DNA of 64,000 nucleotides, from assembly GCF_046119375.1 (NCBI RefSeq), contig NW_027362768.1, positions 90,272,001 to 90,336,000 on the forward strand, given 5' to 3'. Positions 1 to 11,320 of the stretch are shown in pieces (position 1 is the stretch's first letter; every line of letters starts with the position of its first letter). The notes beneath the pieces are model-generated. The model saw nothing but the letters and a program-made list of their open reading frames with translations, searched no databases and was not told the origin of the DNA. The position numbers were made by a program, and so were the translations under genes. This DNA is from Phyllobates terribilis (taxonomy: Eukaryota).

Positions 1-378
1 TACGGCTAGGGATGAAAGGAGATGAGCCCTAGTCAACCTCCACTAAACACTAAATTCAACAAGGGAAGACAAAACAGGGGGAAATTGCTTAGCTTTTAGA
101 AGACTCCAAATATGCACACGGCCACAGGCTCCAGAGAGGACGAAGTACTGCTCCTGCTAAGCCACACAAGTAAAAACGAATATAGCCGGCGACTCCCTCT
201 CAGACACACTAGGTATATATACATCCAGGTCAGAGAGCTAATTAGCAACAGGGAGGAGCTGCTCGGTCCTAAAGATAGCCTGTTATCTAAGAAGCTGTCT
301 GCAATACCAAATGTAGAGATCTCTTGCAATCAACCGCAGGGCGACTGTCATCTCTGACACACCTGTGATACCCTGACA
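1..378 (-). mobile_element. Partial LTR-like repeat cut by the window edge
   Basis: Ends in GATACCCTGACA, which reads as an LTR start TGTCAGGGTATC on the minus strand. The composition is LTR-like. The other end is not in the window. Confidence 0.3.
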
Positions 379-449
379 CTGCAGCCCCAGACACCGAAGC
401 CGCATCCCGTCCACATCTCTGGGACCCGCTCCACCGCAGGCCGGTAAGG

Positions 450-532
450 TACTTTCGCTTTCTAAGGCGCACCCCTATTTTCCCCCTATTTGCGGGAAAA
501 AAAGTGCCTCTTATAAAGCGAAAAATACAGTA
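450..532. mobile_element. Short Tc2/pogo-type MITE remnant
   Basis: Imperfect inverted termini TACTTTCGCTTTCTAAGGCGCAC and GTGCCTCTTATAAAGCGAAAAATACAGTA. Confidence 0.4.
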
Positions 533-539
533 ACTCCCT

Positions 540-808
540 GATTAAAGGGCATGAAAATTCAAAGTTTGAAAATTGCTAAATTTTCAAAATGTTTGCCAAA
601 TTTCCATTTTTTTCCCAAAGTAATGCAAGTCATATCAGAGAAATTTTATCACTATAATGAAGCATAATATGTCATGAAAACACAATCTCAGTATCAGGGG
701 GATCCGTTGAAGCGTTCCAGAGTAATTACCTCATAAAGTGGCAATGGTCAGAATTGTAAAAATTGGCCTGGTCAATGTGCAAACCACCTTCGGGGATAAA
801 GGGGTTAA
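540..808. mobile_element. Terminal fragment of a TTAA-targeting (piggyBac-like) non-autonomous element
   Basis: Terminates in AAGGGG followed by TTAA (805-808). Only one end is recognisable. Confidence 0.3.
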
Positions 809-811
809 GAT

Positions 812-1050
812 CAATGGTACCAAATACTAATGAAATGCATGTAAACTTTTGACTTTACAGTAAGTAATAAAAATGCCTTAAAACATTCTCTCTCTCTCTC
901 ATTATTCTGGCATTTGGCAAATATTAAAAATTATGGTAATACTAATTGACCTAAAATGGGAAAGGTTTATTCTGATTTCATGTCAGATATTGAGAAAAAC
1001 ATGTATATGTGTCTTTTTACATAGTGTATGTAAACTTCTGGTTTCAACTG
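812..1050. mobile_element. Right end of a Sleeping Beauty-like Tc1 element
   Basis: The terminal sequence reverse-complements to CAGTTGAAACCAGAAGTTTACATACAC (SB/Tdr1-type TIR) and is followed by TA. Confidence 0.7.
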
Positions 1051-1374
1051 TATATAGTATGATGATTCCACAGCCTTTCTATATACAGTACTGTATCATG
1101 TCCCTACAGCCCCCAATACAAAATATGATGGTCCCCAAAGCCCTTTATTATACATTGAGGACCCCAAAGCTCCTATATATAGTAAAATGGCTACAGAGCC
1201 CCCTATATACAATATGTTGTTCCCACTGCCCCTCTATATATAGTATGAAGCTCTGTAGTTTTCTATATATACCATGATGGTGCCCACAGCTCCCAACAAG
1301 TAGTATGCCCACAGCCCCCTTATAATAATCCCAACAGTTCCTTTCTATATGGTATAAGAGGGCTCCACTACCGC

Positions 1375-1404
<30 letters not shown>
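1051..1404. repeat. Degenerate ~30-bp minisatellite followed by (TA)n
   Basis: Decayed TATATAGTATGATGGTCCCCACAGCCC units, with a TA run at ~1376-1404. Confidence 0.7.
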
Positions 1405-1406
<2 letters not shown>

Positions 1407-1938
1407 GCGACAAAAAATCCCAAAGGCATATTGCCCAGGAGCACACAGTAAACGCCACTAACTGTGTGCAACTATGAATGTAAAACTCCAAAGACATGCA
1501 TGACAGAAAAGAAATAAAGGAGTTTTTTTGGATATTATAAAAATTGTATAAATTTTATTAACAAGAAATTAGAGCAAGACAAAACACATCATAAAAGAAA
1601 GGACATGTGCCAGAGGGCTGGAAAAAATAGCAGCAGGGCACAAGCAGTGCCGGGGGAAGGCTACAGAAAATCGCATGCTATAATTGCAGTCACACATTGG
1701 CAAATGCAGATAACACCCATGGATCCCATAATATAGTTGCTGTTGCAAACTAGCTCAACTGAATTTGCCTCTGTAGGTTAAATATTAAGTATGGCAATTT
1801 CATAACTATTCAGTAACTGATGAATTTAGTAATGTGATAGAAAACCACTTCAGCATTCAGCAGCAACAGCATAAAATGGATGGAAGGTGACAACGCTTAC
1901 CCCAGGCCGATGTGCCAAGAAATAAAAAGTGTAAGCCG

Positions 1939-1988
1939 CTTCCCAACGCGCGTTTCGCGTGTAATCTAGTCGGCTTTCTCAAGGGAAG
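1939..1988 (-). ncRNA. Minimal type I hammerhead ribozyme motif (U3-A8 variant)
   Basis: The minus strand reads CTTCCC-TTGAGAA-AG..stem II..C-GAAA-CGCGCG-TT-GGGAAG, giving a 6-bp stem I and a palindromic helix III. Confidence 0.6.
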
Positions 1989-3137
1989 ATAGATTTGTGT
2001 GGCTAGAGGACCTTAAAATACATCCGGTGGGCGGTCACATGGTGCACCATGTGACCGTCAAACCACCAATAGCATCCATAGTACAGCGCGTGCGCAATGG
2101 AACAGGCAGGTCCCGCAGCAGCTACACGGCGGTCACTTCCGGGAGCACGCAGCAAGGGGCTGCGTGGTCACAAAAGGGAGAACGTCGGGCGCCGCAGCTC
2201 GGAACATGACCGCGCCAAGCGCACGCGCACAGGATGCTGGTAGAATGGTTAACACAAAATGTTTTAAAGCAACAAAGCACCATGTCACCCCATAAATAAC
2301 CTGCATGCATATAAATAGAACATATCAACACATTTATAAGTGTACATACACAGCAGTAATAAATGCAAAAAGTCAAGAAATAAATTCTGAAGTAAAATAG
2401 GTGCATATCTTGGGAAGATGAAAGACACCTGGACAGAAAATAAGTGGATAGTCACACTGGATACACTGTCCCCAAAGGGATTGAATGAGACCCTTAGTTT
2501 TGCTTCGTTCTTATGAAAAGCCACGTGCGTTCCTTCTCCTGATGAAATTATATCATGGTCTGAACCGAAGACCCGTTGGGTGATACGTTAGCAGCTTTTA
2601 TTCATATTTTTTATTATCTTCTTTTTTCTTGTGTGGTGTTTATGGTGTTTAGTAACTTCTGCATTTTGTTCTGTTTATTTTCTGTCCAGGTGTCTTTCAT
2701 CTTCCCAAGATATGCAGCTTTGCACCTATTTTACTTCAGAATTTATTTCTTGACTTTTTGCATGTATTACTGCTGTGTATGTACACTTATAAATGTGTTG
2801 ATATGTTCTATTTATATGCATGCAGGTTATTTATGGGGTGACATGGTGCTTTGTTGCTTTAAAACATTTTGTGTTTACCTTTCTACCAGCATCCTGTGCG
2901 CGTGCGCTTGGCGCGGTCATGTTCCGAGCTGCGGCGCCCGACGTTCTCCCTTCTGTGACCACGCTGCCCCTTGCTGCGTGCTCCCGAAAGTGACCGCCGT
3001 GTAGCTGCTGCGGGTCCTGCCTGTTCCATTGCGCACGCGCCGTACTATGGATGCTATTGGTGGTTTAACGGTCACATGGTGCACCATGTGACTGCCCACC
3101 TGATGTATTTTAAGGTCCTCTAGCCACACAAATCTAC

Positions 3138-3187
3138 CTTCCCTTGAGAAAGCTGACTAGATTACACACGAAACGCTCGTTGGGAAG
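3138..3187 (+). ncRNA. Minimal hammerhead motif, second arm (helix II and III mutated)
   Basis: CTTCCC-TTGAGAA-AGCTGACTAGATTACACAC-GAAA-CGCTCG-TT-GGGAAG. Confidence 0.45.
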
Positions 3188-3641
3188 CGGCTTACACTTT
3201 TTATTTCTTGGCACATCGGCCTGGGGTAAGCGTTGTCACCTTCCATCCATTTTATGCTGTTGCTGCTGAATGCTGAAGTGGTTTTCTATCACATTACTAA
3301 TTCATCATGGCTGATATACTCCTCAGTTACTGAATAGTTATGAAATTGCCATACTTAATATTTAACCTACAGAGGCAAATTCAGTTGAGCTAGTTTGCAA
3401 CAGCAACTATATTATGGGATCCATGGGTGTTATCTGCATGTGCCAATGTGTGACTGCAATTATAGCATGTGATTTTCTGTAGCCTTCCCCCGGCACTGCT
3501 TGTGCCCTGCTGCTATTTTTTCCAGCCCTCTGGCACATGTCCTTTCTTTTATGATGTGTTTTGTCTTGCTCTAATTTCTTGTTAATAAAATTTATACAAT
3601 TTTTATAATATCCAAAAAAACTCCTTTTTTTCTTTTCTGTG

Positions 3642-3644
<3 letters not shown>

Positions 3645-3685
<41 letters not shown>

Positions 3686-4868
3686 TGTATAAAAAGAGAT
3701 CATATATATATATATATATATATTATGATGGCCCCACTGTCCCATATATATAGGTATGACAGTCCCTACTGCTCACATATATAGTATGATGGTCCCCACA
3801 GCCCACATATATATAGTATGATGGTCTCCACAGCCCACATGTATAGTATGATGGTCCCCACTACTACATATATAGTAATGATGGTCCCCACAGCCCAATA
3901 TAAAGTATGATGGTCTCCACAGCCCACATATATAGTATGTTGGTCCCCACAGCCCCATGTATAGTAAAATGGTCCCCACAGTCCTATATCTAGTATGATG
4001 ATGCCCACAGACCCATATATAGTATGAAGGTTTCCACAGCCCACATATATAATATGATGGTCCCCACAGCCCCATATGTAGTATGATGGTCCCCACAGCC
4101 CCATATATAGTATGATGGTCCCCACTGCCCACATATATAGTATAATGGTCACTATAGCCCACATATATAGTATGACGGTTCTCAAAGCCTCATATATAGC
4201 ATGATGGTCCCCACGGCCCACATATAAAATATGATGGTCACTATAGCCCACATATATAATATGATGGTTCTCAAAGCCTCATATATAGTATGATGGTCCC
4301 CACGGCCCACATATAAAATATGATTGTTCCCATAGCCTACATATAAAGAATGATGGTTCCCACTGCTTCATATATAGTTTAATGGCCCCCACTGCTCCAT
4401 ATATAGTATGATGGTCCCCACATAGATAGTATGATGGTCCCCAAAGCCCAATATATAGTATGATGGTCCCCACAGCTCCATATATAGTATAATGGTCCCC
4501 ACAGCCCCATATCTAGTATGATGGTTCCCACAGCCCCATATATAGTGTGATGGTCCCCACAGCCCACATATATAATATGATGATCCCCACAGCCCCATAT
4601 ATAGTATGATGGTCCCCACTGCCCACATATACTGTATAGTATGATGGTTACCACAGCCCACATATATAGTATGATGGTTCCAACAGCCTCACATATAGTA
4701 TGATGGTCCAACTGCCCACATATATAATATGATCGTTCCCATAGCCCACATACATAACATGATGATTCCCACAGCCTCATATATAGTATGATGGTCCCCA
4801 CAGCCCACATATATAGTATGATGGTCCCCACTGCTCCATATATAGTATGATAGTTCCCACAGCCCATA
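3645..4868. repeat. (TA)n plus 29-31-bp minisatellite array
   Basis: Tandem units CACAGCCC(C/A)CATATATAGTATGATGGTCCC are directly visible. Confidence 0.95.
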
Positions 4869-7205
4869 TACAAGTGCATCTCACTAAATTAGAATATCAT
4901 CGAAAAGGTAATTTATTTCAGTTCTTCAATACAAAAAGTGAAACTCATATATAATATAGAGTCATTACAAACAAAGTGATCTATTTCAAGTGTTTATTTC
5001 TGTTAATGTTGATGATTATAGCTTATAGCCAATGAAAACACAAAAGTCATTATCTCAGTAAATTAGTATACTTTATAACAACAGCTTGAAAAATGTTTTT
5101 AAAATCCGAAATGTTGGCCTACTGAAATGTATGTTCAGTAAATGCACTCAATACTTGGTCGAGACTCTTTTTGCATCAAGTTACTGAATCAATGTGGCAT
5201 GGCATGGAGGTGTGGCGCCCCTGAGGGTTCAGTCGCCACAGAGGTACTGCATCTCAACCAAAGTGTGGTATCCCACTCTCAGGTAAGGATAGAGTGCTGC
5301 CCGGGACCCTAACACCTGCATCCAAGACATCCACTTCAGTAGGGCAGGGCGAGATTGCTCCTGAGGGAGAGCACAATCCCTGGTCCCTGGCTGGAGTAGA
5401 GGGGAACCAAGTGAGGGGGAACCATGTAGTGGGTGTGGTTGGAGGAAGCAGATTAGAGGAGCATGAAAGGAAGCTGTATAAAAAGGGGAGCCATCTTAGA
5501 AAGACAAGCCAGTTGGAGGAGGAAAGTGAGGGGAGCAGAGGCACTCCAGGAGCTCTGCTCCAGAGGCGGGCCTAGTGAGAGGCCGAGGAGAAGGAGAGAG
5601 AGAAGAGAGGAGAGGGAGCAGGAGAAAGGCTCCAGGAACAGAAGGGATCCCAGGGGTATGGGCAGTGCTGGAGGCCACCCGTACGCCCGAATCTACCTGG
5701 TGTGGAGGGATCAAGCCGCAGAGGGGACCGGCCCCTAAACTAGTGGAGAACTACAAGGCTCAGCTAGGAACCGGAGGCTGCTGTACTTGTAAGGTTCAGT
5801 GGCCACATCCGCAATTATATCGCTGAAAAGGTGGCCACAGAGGGTCCAGGGGACTGCAGGTTGTCCGACAAGACCTGAGGCTACCGGATTGGGACATTGA
5901 TTGCGAGGCGCAGGGCAGGAGGGCGAGAGCCAGCGCAGGAAGACGACTGAGGAAGGCACATAGAAAGGGGTCCTGTCAAGCACTCTTGAACTACCTGAGG
6001 GATTGCTGAATCCCTGCTTGGTGAACGCAGCGCGACGTGGGAGGTTGTAGTCCTGAACCTGTAACCTGAGGAACTTAACAACTGTGAGTAAACTCGGAAG
6101 ACTGCACCCCACTGTCTCTGTGATTATTATCTGCGCCATCACCCCTGCACTACAACGCCCAGCATTACCTATATCTTCTACAACATCTACACTGTCCTGG
6201 AGGTAAGCTCTACCTGTGGAGAGCCACACCAGCTTTGCTGCACTAACATCAGCTCCAGGGGACCTGCTCCGCAGCGGCTGCTCCCTTTTAGAGATGAGCG
6301 TTGTTCTACTCGAACTGTTCGCCAATCTCAAATTCGAGCTGTTTTGGGCGGTGTTCGAGCCGTTCGGCGAACACGAACAATTTGAGAAAAATTCGGCTGT
6401 TCGAGGTTATGTTCGATAACTGTTCGTGCACCAAAATCATAACTGGATTTTTTCTCAGTAATGATGAAAATTAATGTTAATACGCAGTTTGAGTGTACAG
6501 CGGGGCGGGGGGAGGGGCAGGGAATGGATCTCTGCAGGAACAATGAAGATCTCCATTTTTTTTTCTCTTTCCCGCATTTGCAGTGGGGAGGTGCAATCTG
6601 TCAGCCTATCAGCAGCGCACACACGGAGCGAAGTGCTTTTTTTCACACAAGCAAGGGCATGTGTCATTGGCAGTGTATGTCACATGTCCTTGCCCTATAA
6701 GACCAAGCCATTTTCCCCGTCGCCACCATTTTCTCACTGCTGCAGCTGCGTGTTAGACGGCACCGCTGTTGCTGTGTGCGCTATACCTTGTTAATTTCAA
6801 GCCAATTTTCGCACAAATATACAGATAGCTTGGGAGTAGGGAATAGTTGTGATTGCAGTCCTTTTAAGGACTAGGTTACAGCATTTCCTACGACTTTTAT
6901 CAGGCAGGTCTGTGCTCTTAAATAGATAGATTGTGGGAGTAAAGACTAATTGTAATTGGAGTCCTTTTCAGGACTAGGTTACATCAGTTCCTATCAGTTT
7001 TTGCCAGGCAGGTCTGTGCCAGTGCTGTGCAAGTTTTTTTCACAGCATTTGGCTGAATCTAGCAAAGCTAATCCTTTTTGGCCTATTGCAGAGTGTGTTA
7101 GTCAGTGGAGTAGCCTATCTGTGTTGCAAGATATACCACCTGTGTATAGAATACCAATTTTTTTACTGCACCTAGTGAAGTAAAATCTTTTGGGCATAGC
7201 ATCAT

Positions 7206-7931
7206 TCTATTAGTCCATCTATACTGACCTCCATCAGGTTGCAAACTGAATATAATTTTTTTCTGCATCTAGCTCTGAAAAAATATTTGGGCTTCTAGCA
7301 GTGTGTGGGACTTGGTCTATTAGTCCATCTATACTGACCTCCATCAGGTTGCAAATTAAAAATAATTTTTTTCTTCATTTAGCTCTGAAAAAATATTTGG
7401 GCTTCTAGCAGTGTGTGGGACTTGTTCTATTAGTCCTTCTATACTGACCTCCAGCAGGTTGCAAATTGAATATAATTTTTTTCTGCATCTAGCTCTGAAA
7501 AAATATTTGGGCTTCTAGCGGTGTGTGGGACTTGGTCTATTAGTCCATCTATACTGACCTCCATCAGGTTGCAAATTAAAAATAATTTTTTTCTGCATCT
7601 AGCTCTGAAAAAATATTTGGGCTTCTAGCAGTGTGTGGGACTTGGTCTATTAGTCCATCTATACTGACCTCCATCAGGTTGCAAATTAAAAATAATTTTT
7701 TTCTGCATCTAGCTCTGAAAAAATATTTGGGCTTCTAGCAGTGTGTGGGACTTGGTCTATTAGTCCATCTATACTGACCTCCATCAGGTTGCAAATTGAA
7801 TAAAAAAATTTTCTGCATCTAGCTCTGAAAAAATATTTGGGCTTCTAGCGGTGTGTGGGACTTGGTCTATTAGTCCATCTATACTGACCTCCATCAGGTT
7901 GCAAATTAAAAATAATTTTTTTCTGCATCTA
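7206..7931. repeat. 110-bp tandem array (~6.6 copies) upstream of the hAT1 ORF
   Basis: TCTATTAGTCC recurs at 7206, 7316, 7426, 7536, 7646, 7756 and 7866. Confidence 0.95.
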
Positions 7932-8047
7932 ACCCAGCCAATAGTTTTGGCCTAATACCACAGTTTGGCCACTCAGCTCTGCTCGGTTACCATCCATTGT
8001 TTTTTTGTGCAAACAACTCCAGAGTTGTGAATTAGTTAACCACCAAA

Positions 8048-11000
8048 ATGAGTGGAAAAAGGCCTGCTGCTGGTGGAAAGGGGAATAGGCGTGTTGGGAA
8101 GGGGAAAAAAGGTTGTGTCCGTGGGGTAGGTGCAGAAGAAAGAACATCTTCCAGCCAAACTAAAATGTCTACTTCTTTTAGCGGACAATGTGATAAGATC
8201 CCTTTCTTACGGCCACGCCAATCGCTACAAATTCCAGATGAGGCACAAAAACAGCAGGTGCTTCAACGGATATCAAGTGCTCCTTTAAGTGGGCTCTCCT
8301 CCACATCAACTTCAACATCACAAATACTCCAGTCCTCAAAGGTGTCACCCAAATCGCACTTGCTTCCTCACAGCTCCCAAATCTCCAGCTGCCCGTCTGA
8401 GTATGAGGTAGAACAGATGGTTGAGTCTGCAGAGCTGTTTACTCATACTATAGCCTGGGAATCAGAGGTCAACTCCAGCGCTTCTGTGAATCCAGACGAG
8501 GAAATGATCTGCACTGATGCCCAGAATCTTTATGAGTCGGATCCAGGACCAGACGCAGAAGGTTCTGACCATAATGTAGACCCTCATTCCCAAACTGTAA
8601 CTCCTGTTGGTGGAGACAATGAGGAAGACGATGATAAGACTCAAATACCTGATTGGAGCGACAACTTTAGTTTTTTGTCAGGGCAGGAACAGGTTGGCTC
8701 TGAGGACGACGGGTGTGATAACGCACAGGGTGATGATGATGAGGTCGGAGATCCCACTTACTGTCAACCCACAGTCAGCCAAGAGATGAGGTCAGCAGAG
8801 GAGGTGGAGGAAGATGCTAGTGACGACGAGGTCAGGTTGCGCCTTCCTGGACAGAGACGTAGTACTGGAAGCACGTCAACAACTGCATCCTCAAACACAA
8901 CTCTGCCTCTCACCACAAGTCGTGGTGGCTCTTCAGGTCGCATGGGTGCTAAGCCTTGCATAGCCTGGGCATTTTTTCAGATCGATAAAGATGACCCAAC
9001 TCGTGTTATCTGTAACATTTGTCAGCAAAAGCTAAGTAGAGGCCAAAAAATACATAGTTTGAGTACTTCATGCATGAACCGGCATATGGACATGAAGCAT
9101 AAGTTGCAGTGGGAAGCTCAGTGTGCTACAATGCGGTCTAGCCGGCCGGGCCAACCACCGTCTGCCATATCTTGTGCATCCGCGGCCTCTTCATCCTCTG
9201 TGACTGGGGGGACAGCAGTCACACCTGTTTTGGGGCGCAGACCTGCCACCTCTTTACCCGCAACAGCCAGCGTGATTGGCAGGTCATCATTTTCTTTGGA
9301 GGTGGTAACACCAGCTGGTCTTGAGCGCTGTCCGACATCGATAGCACCACCTTTGGATCAAGGCAACCTAACATGTCCGCCTGCATCTTCCTCACAGACC
9401 GGCAGTTTGCCGGGGACACCCTTATCAACCCCGTCTAAGCACAATAGCCAGCCCTCGGTCCCTCAGATGTGGACAAGTAAAAGACCATTTCCTCCTAGCC
9501 ATGAGAAAGCTAAGAGGTTGAATTTCACCATCTGCAAGCTCTTGGCTACAGAAATGCTGCCTTTCCGCCTGGTGGACACAGAGGATTTTCGAGACCTTAT
9601 GTCCGTCGCAGTGCCCCAGTACCAGATGCCCAGTCGGCACTACTTCTCAAAGAAAGGTGTGCCTGCGCTCCACCAGCATGTCGCACACAACATCACCGCT
9701 TCTTTGAGAAACTCTGTGTGTGACAGGGTGCATTTCACCACAGACACTTGGACGAGTAGGCATGGACAGGGGCGTTACATGTCGCTGACTGGGCACTGGG
9801 TAACTATGGTGACAGCAGGACAAGGGGCTGCTGTCCAAGTCTTGCCGTCCCCACGAGTTGTGCGTCAATCCTCTTTATGTCATTTTTCCTCCACTGCTTC
9901 TGCCTCCTCAACCTCCTCTCGGTCTTCCACCTGCACCCAAAGCCTGTCTGGTCATGCCACAAGCTTTCTAACTGCGCAGAAGGGATCCTGCACACCTCCT
10001 TACTATGCTGGCAGTAGGGCTCAACGTCATCAGGCGGTTTTTACATTGAAATGTCTGGGAAATGTGAGTCACACAGCTGAGGAGTTGTGGTCAGCTCTGG
10101 AGAACCAATTTCATGAATGGTTGTCTCCACTGGACCTGAAACCAGGGAAGGCCGTGTGCGACAATGCTGCAAACCTGGGTGCGGCCCTTCGCCGGGGCAA
10201 TGTCACACACGTGCCTTGTATGGCTCACGTGTTGAACCTGGTTGTCCAGCAATTTTTAGCCCACTATCCCAGACTAGATGGCCTTCTGCAGAGGGCACGG
10301 TTGCTGTGTGCTCACTTCCGCCGTTCGCATCCCGCAGCTCAGCGACTTACATCTCTACAGAAGTCGTTGGGCCTGCCACTTCACCGGCTAAAATGCGATG
10401 TGCCTACCCGGTGGAATTCAACTCTGCACATGTTGCACCGACTGTGGCAGCACCGACAAGCCCTGGTGCAATACGTTCTGACGTATAGCCTGGGCCAACG
10501 AGATTCAGAGGTGGGGCAAATCACGCTGGAGGAGTGGTCTCAGATCAGGGACCTATGCACCCTTCTGCACAGTTTTGAAATGGCGACGAAGATGTTTAGT
10601 GCTGACGATGCCATTATCAGCATGACTATTCCGGTGATTTACATGCTGGAGCACATGTTAAACAGAATTCGGAGTCAGGTGGTGGCACAAGAGGAGGTGG
10701 AGGAAGTAGAGGAGGAGTTGTATGCGGAAGGGCTAACATCTGCAAGGTCCAGACGGTCGGCAGCACCAGGGCGGCAGGCATGTGAGGGTGGGGGAGATGA
10801 TTTTACCAGGGCGCATGGTAGCAGCCAAACTAGTGAGGAAGGTGCAGGAGCCCAGGAAGAAGTGGAGGACGAACTGATGGAAGACTCATCAGATGAGGGA
10901 GACCTTGATCACATTTCTGTTGTGCGAGGTTGGGGGGAGAGGACAGAGGAAGGAAGCATGATTGTTACCTCGCCACCAACACAACAGGGACTTGGTGCTC

Positions 11001-11320
11001 CTGGATGCGCAACACACATGAGTGCCTTCTTGCTGCACTACCTGCAACATGACCCTCGAATTGTGAGAATTAGAAATAATCCTGACTACTGGGTTGCCAC
11101 ACTGTTAGATCCCCGGTACAAAAGTAAATTTGCAGAAATTATTCCTGCCATAGAAAGGGATGCACGCATGCAGGAGTATCAGCAGAGACTGTTGCAGAAT
11201 CTTACATGTGCTTTTCCACAAAATACCAGTGGTGCACGTAGTGAATCTCACAGTTCCAACTTGCCAACCGTGGTCTGTATGGAATTGTTCAATAAAGGGC
11301 CCAAAATTAAGATAACATAG
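8048..11320 (+). CDS. BED-finger hAT transposase, open for 1090 codons but C-terminally truncated
   Basis: BED finger (WAFF..CNIC..RHMDMKH), TTDTW, CDNAANL, CMAH and PTRWNST are present. The hATC dimerisation domain and SERxFS glutamate are absent. The last ~17 codons run into an antisense L1 fragment. Confidence 0.9.
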   Translation: MSGKRPAAGGKGNRRVGKGKKGCVRGVGAEERTSSSQTKMSTSFSGQCDKIPFLRPRQSLQIPDEAQKQQVLQRISSAPLSGLSSTSTSTSQILQSSKVSPKSHLLPHSSQISSCPSEYEVEQMVESAELFTHTIAWESEVNSSASVNPDEEMICTDAQNLYESDPGPDAEGSDHNVDPHSQTVTPVGGDNEEDDDKTQIPDWSDNFSFLSGQEQVGSEDDGCDNAQGDDDEVGDPTYCQPTVSQEMRSAEEVEEDASDDEVRLRLPGQRRSTGSTSTTASSNTTLPLTTSRGGSSGRMGAKPCIAWAFFQIDKDDPTRVICNICQQKLSRGQKIHSLSTSCMNRHMDMKHKLQWEAQCATMRSSRPGQPPSAISCASAASSSSVTGGTAVTPVLGRRPATSLPATASVIGRSSFSLEVVTPAGLERCPTSIAPPLDQGNLTCPPASSSQTGSLPGTPLSTPSKHNSQPSVPQMWTSKRPFPPSHEKAKRLNFTICKLLATEMLPFRLVDTEDFRDLMSVAVPQYQMPSRHYFSKKGVPALHQHVAHNITASLRNSVCDRVHFTTDTWTSRHGQGRYMSLTGHWVTMVTAGQGAAVQVLPSPRVVRQSSLCHFSSTASASSTSSRSSTCTQSLSGHATSFLTAQKGSCTPPYYAGSRAQRHQAVFTLKCLGNVSHTAEELWSALENQFHEWLSPLDLKPGKAVCDNAANLGAALRRGNVTHVPCMAHVLNLVVQQFLAHYPRLDGLLQRARLLCAHFRRSHPAAQRLTSLQKSLGLPLHRLKCDVPTRWNSTLHMLHRLWQHRQALVQYVLTYSLGQRDSEVGQITLEEWSQIRDLCTLLHSFEMATKMFSADDAIISMTIPVIYMLEHMLNRIRSQVVAQEEVEEVEEELYAEGLTSARSRRSAAPGRQACEGGGDDFTRAHGSSQTSEEGAGAQEEVEDELMEDSSDEGDLDHISVVRGWGERTEEGSMIVTSPPTQQGLGAPGCATHMSAFLLHYLQHDPRIVRIRNNPDYWVATLLDPRYKSKFAEIIPAIERDARMQEYQQRLLQNLTCAFPQNTSGARSESHSSNLPTVVCMELFNKGPKIKIT

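Larger units (their letters stand above)
1501..3644. mobile_element. Penelope-like foldback: ~950-bp inverted repeat arms with a 231-bp spacer
   Basis: 1501-2443 is the near-identical reverse complement of 2675-3644. Each arm carries a minimal hammerhead motif typical of Penelope pseudo-LTRs. There is no ORF. Confidence 0.75.

Noticed and set aside
2535-2582. CTGATGA...CCGAAG in the palindrome spacer as another hammerhead
   Set aside because: GAAA is not intact and I could not form a convincing stem II.
5254-6419. ORFs within the GC-rich LTRs (also 12160-12957, 26393-27474, 37161-38052, 43868-45003)
   Set aside because: These are chance open frames in LTR sequence and are not conserved in frame between LTR copies.
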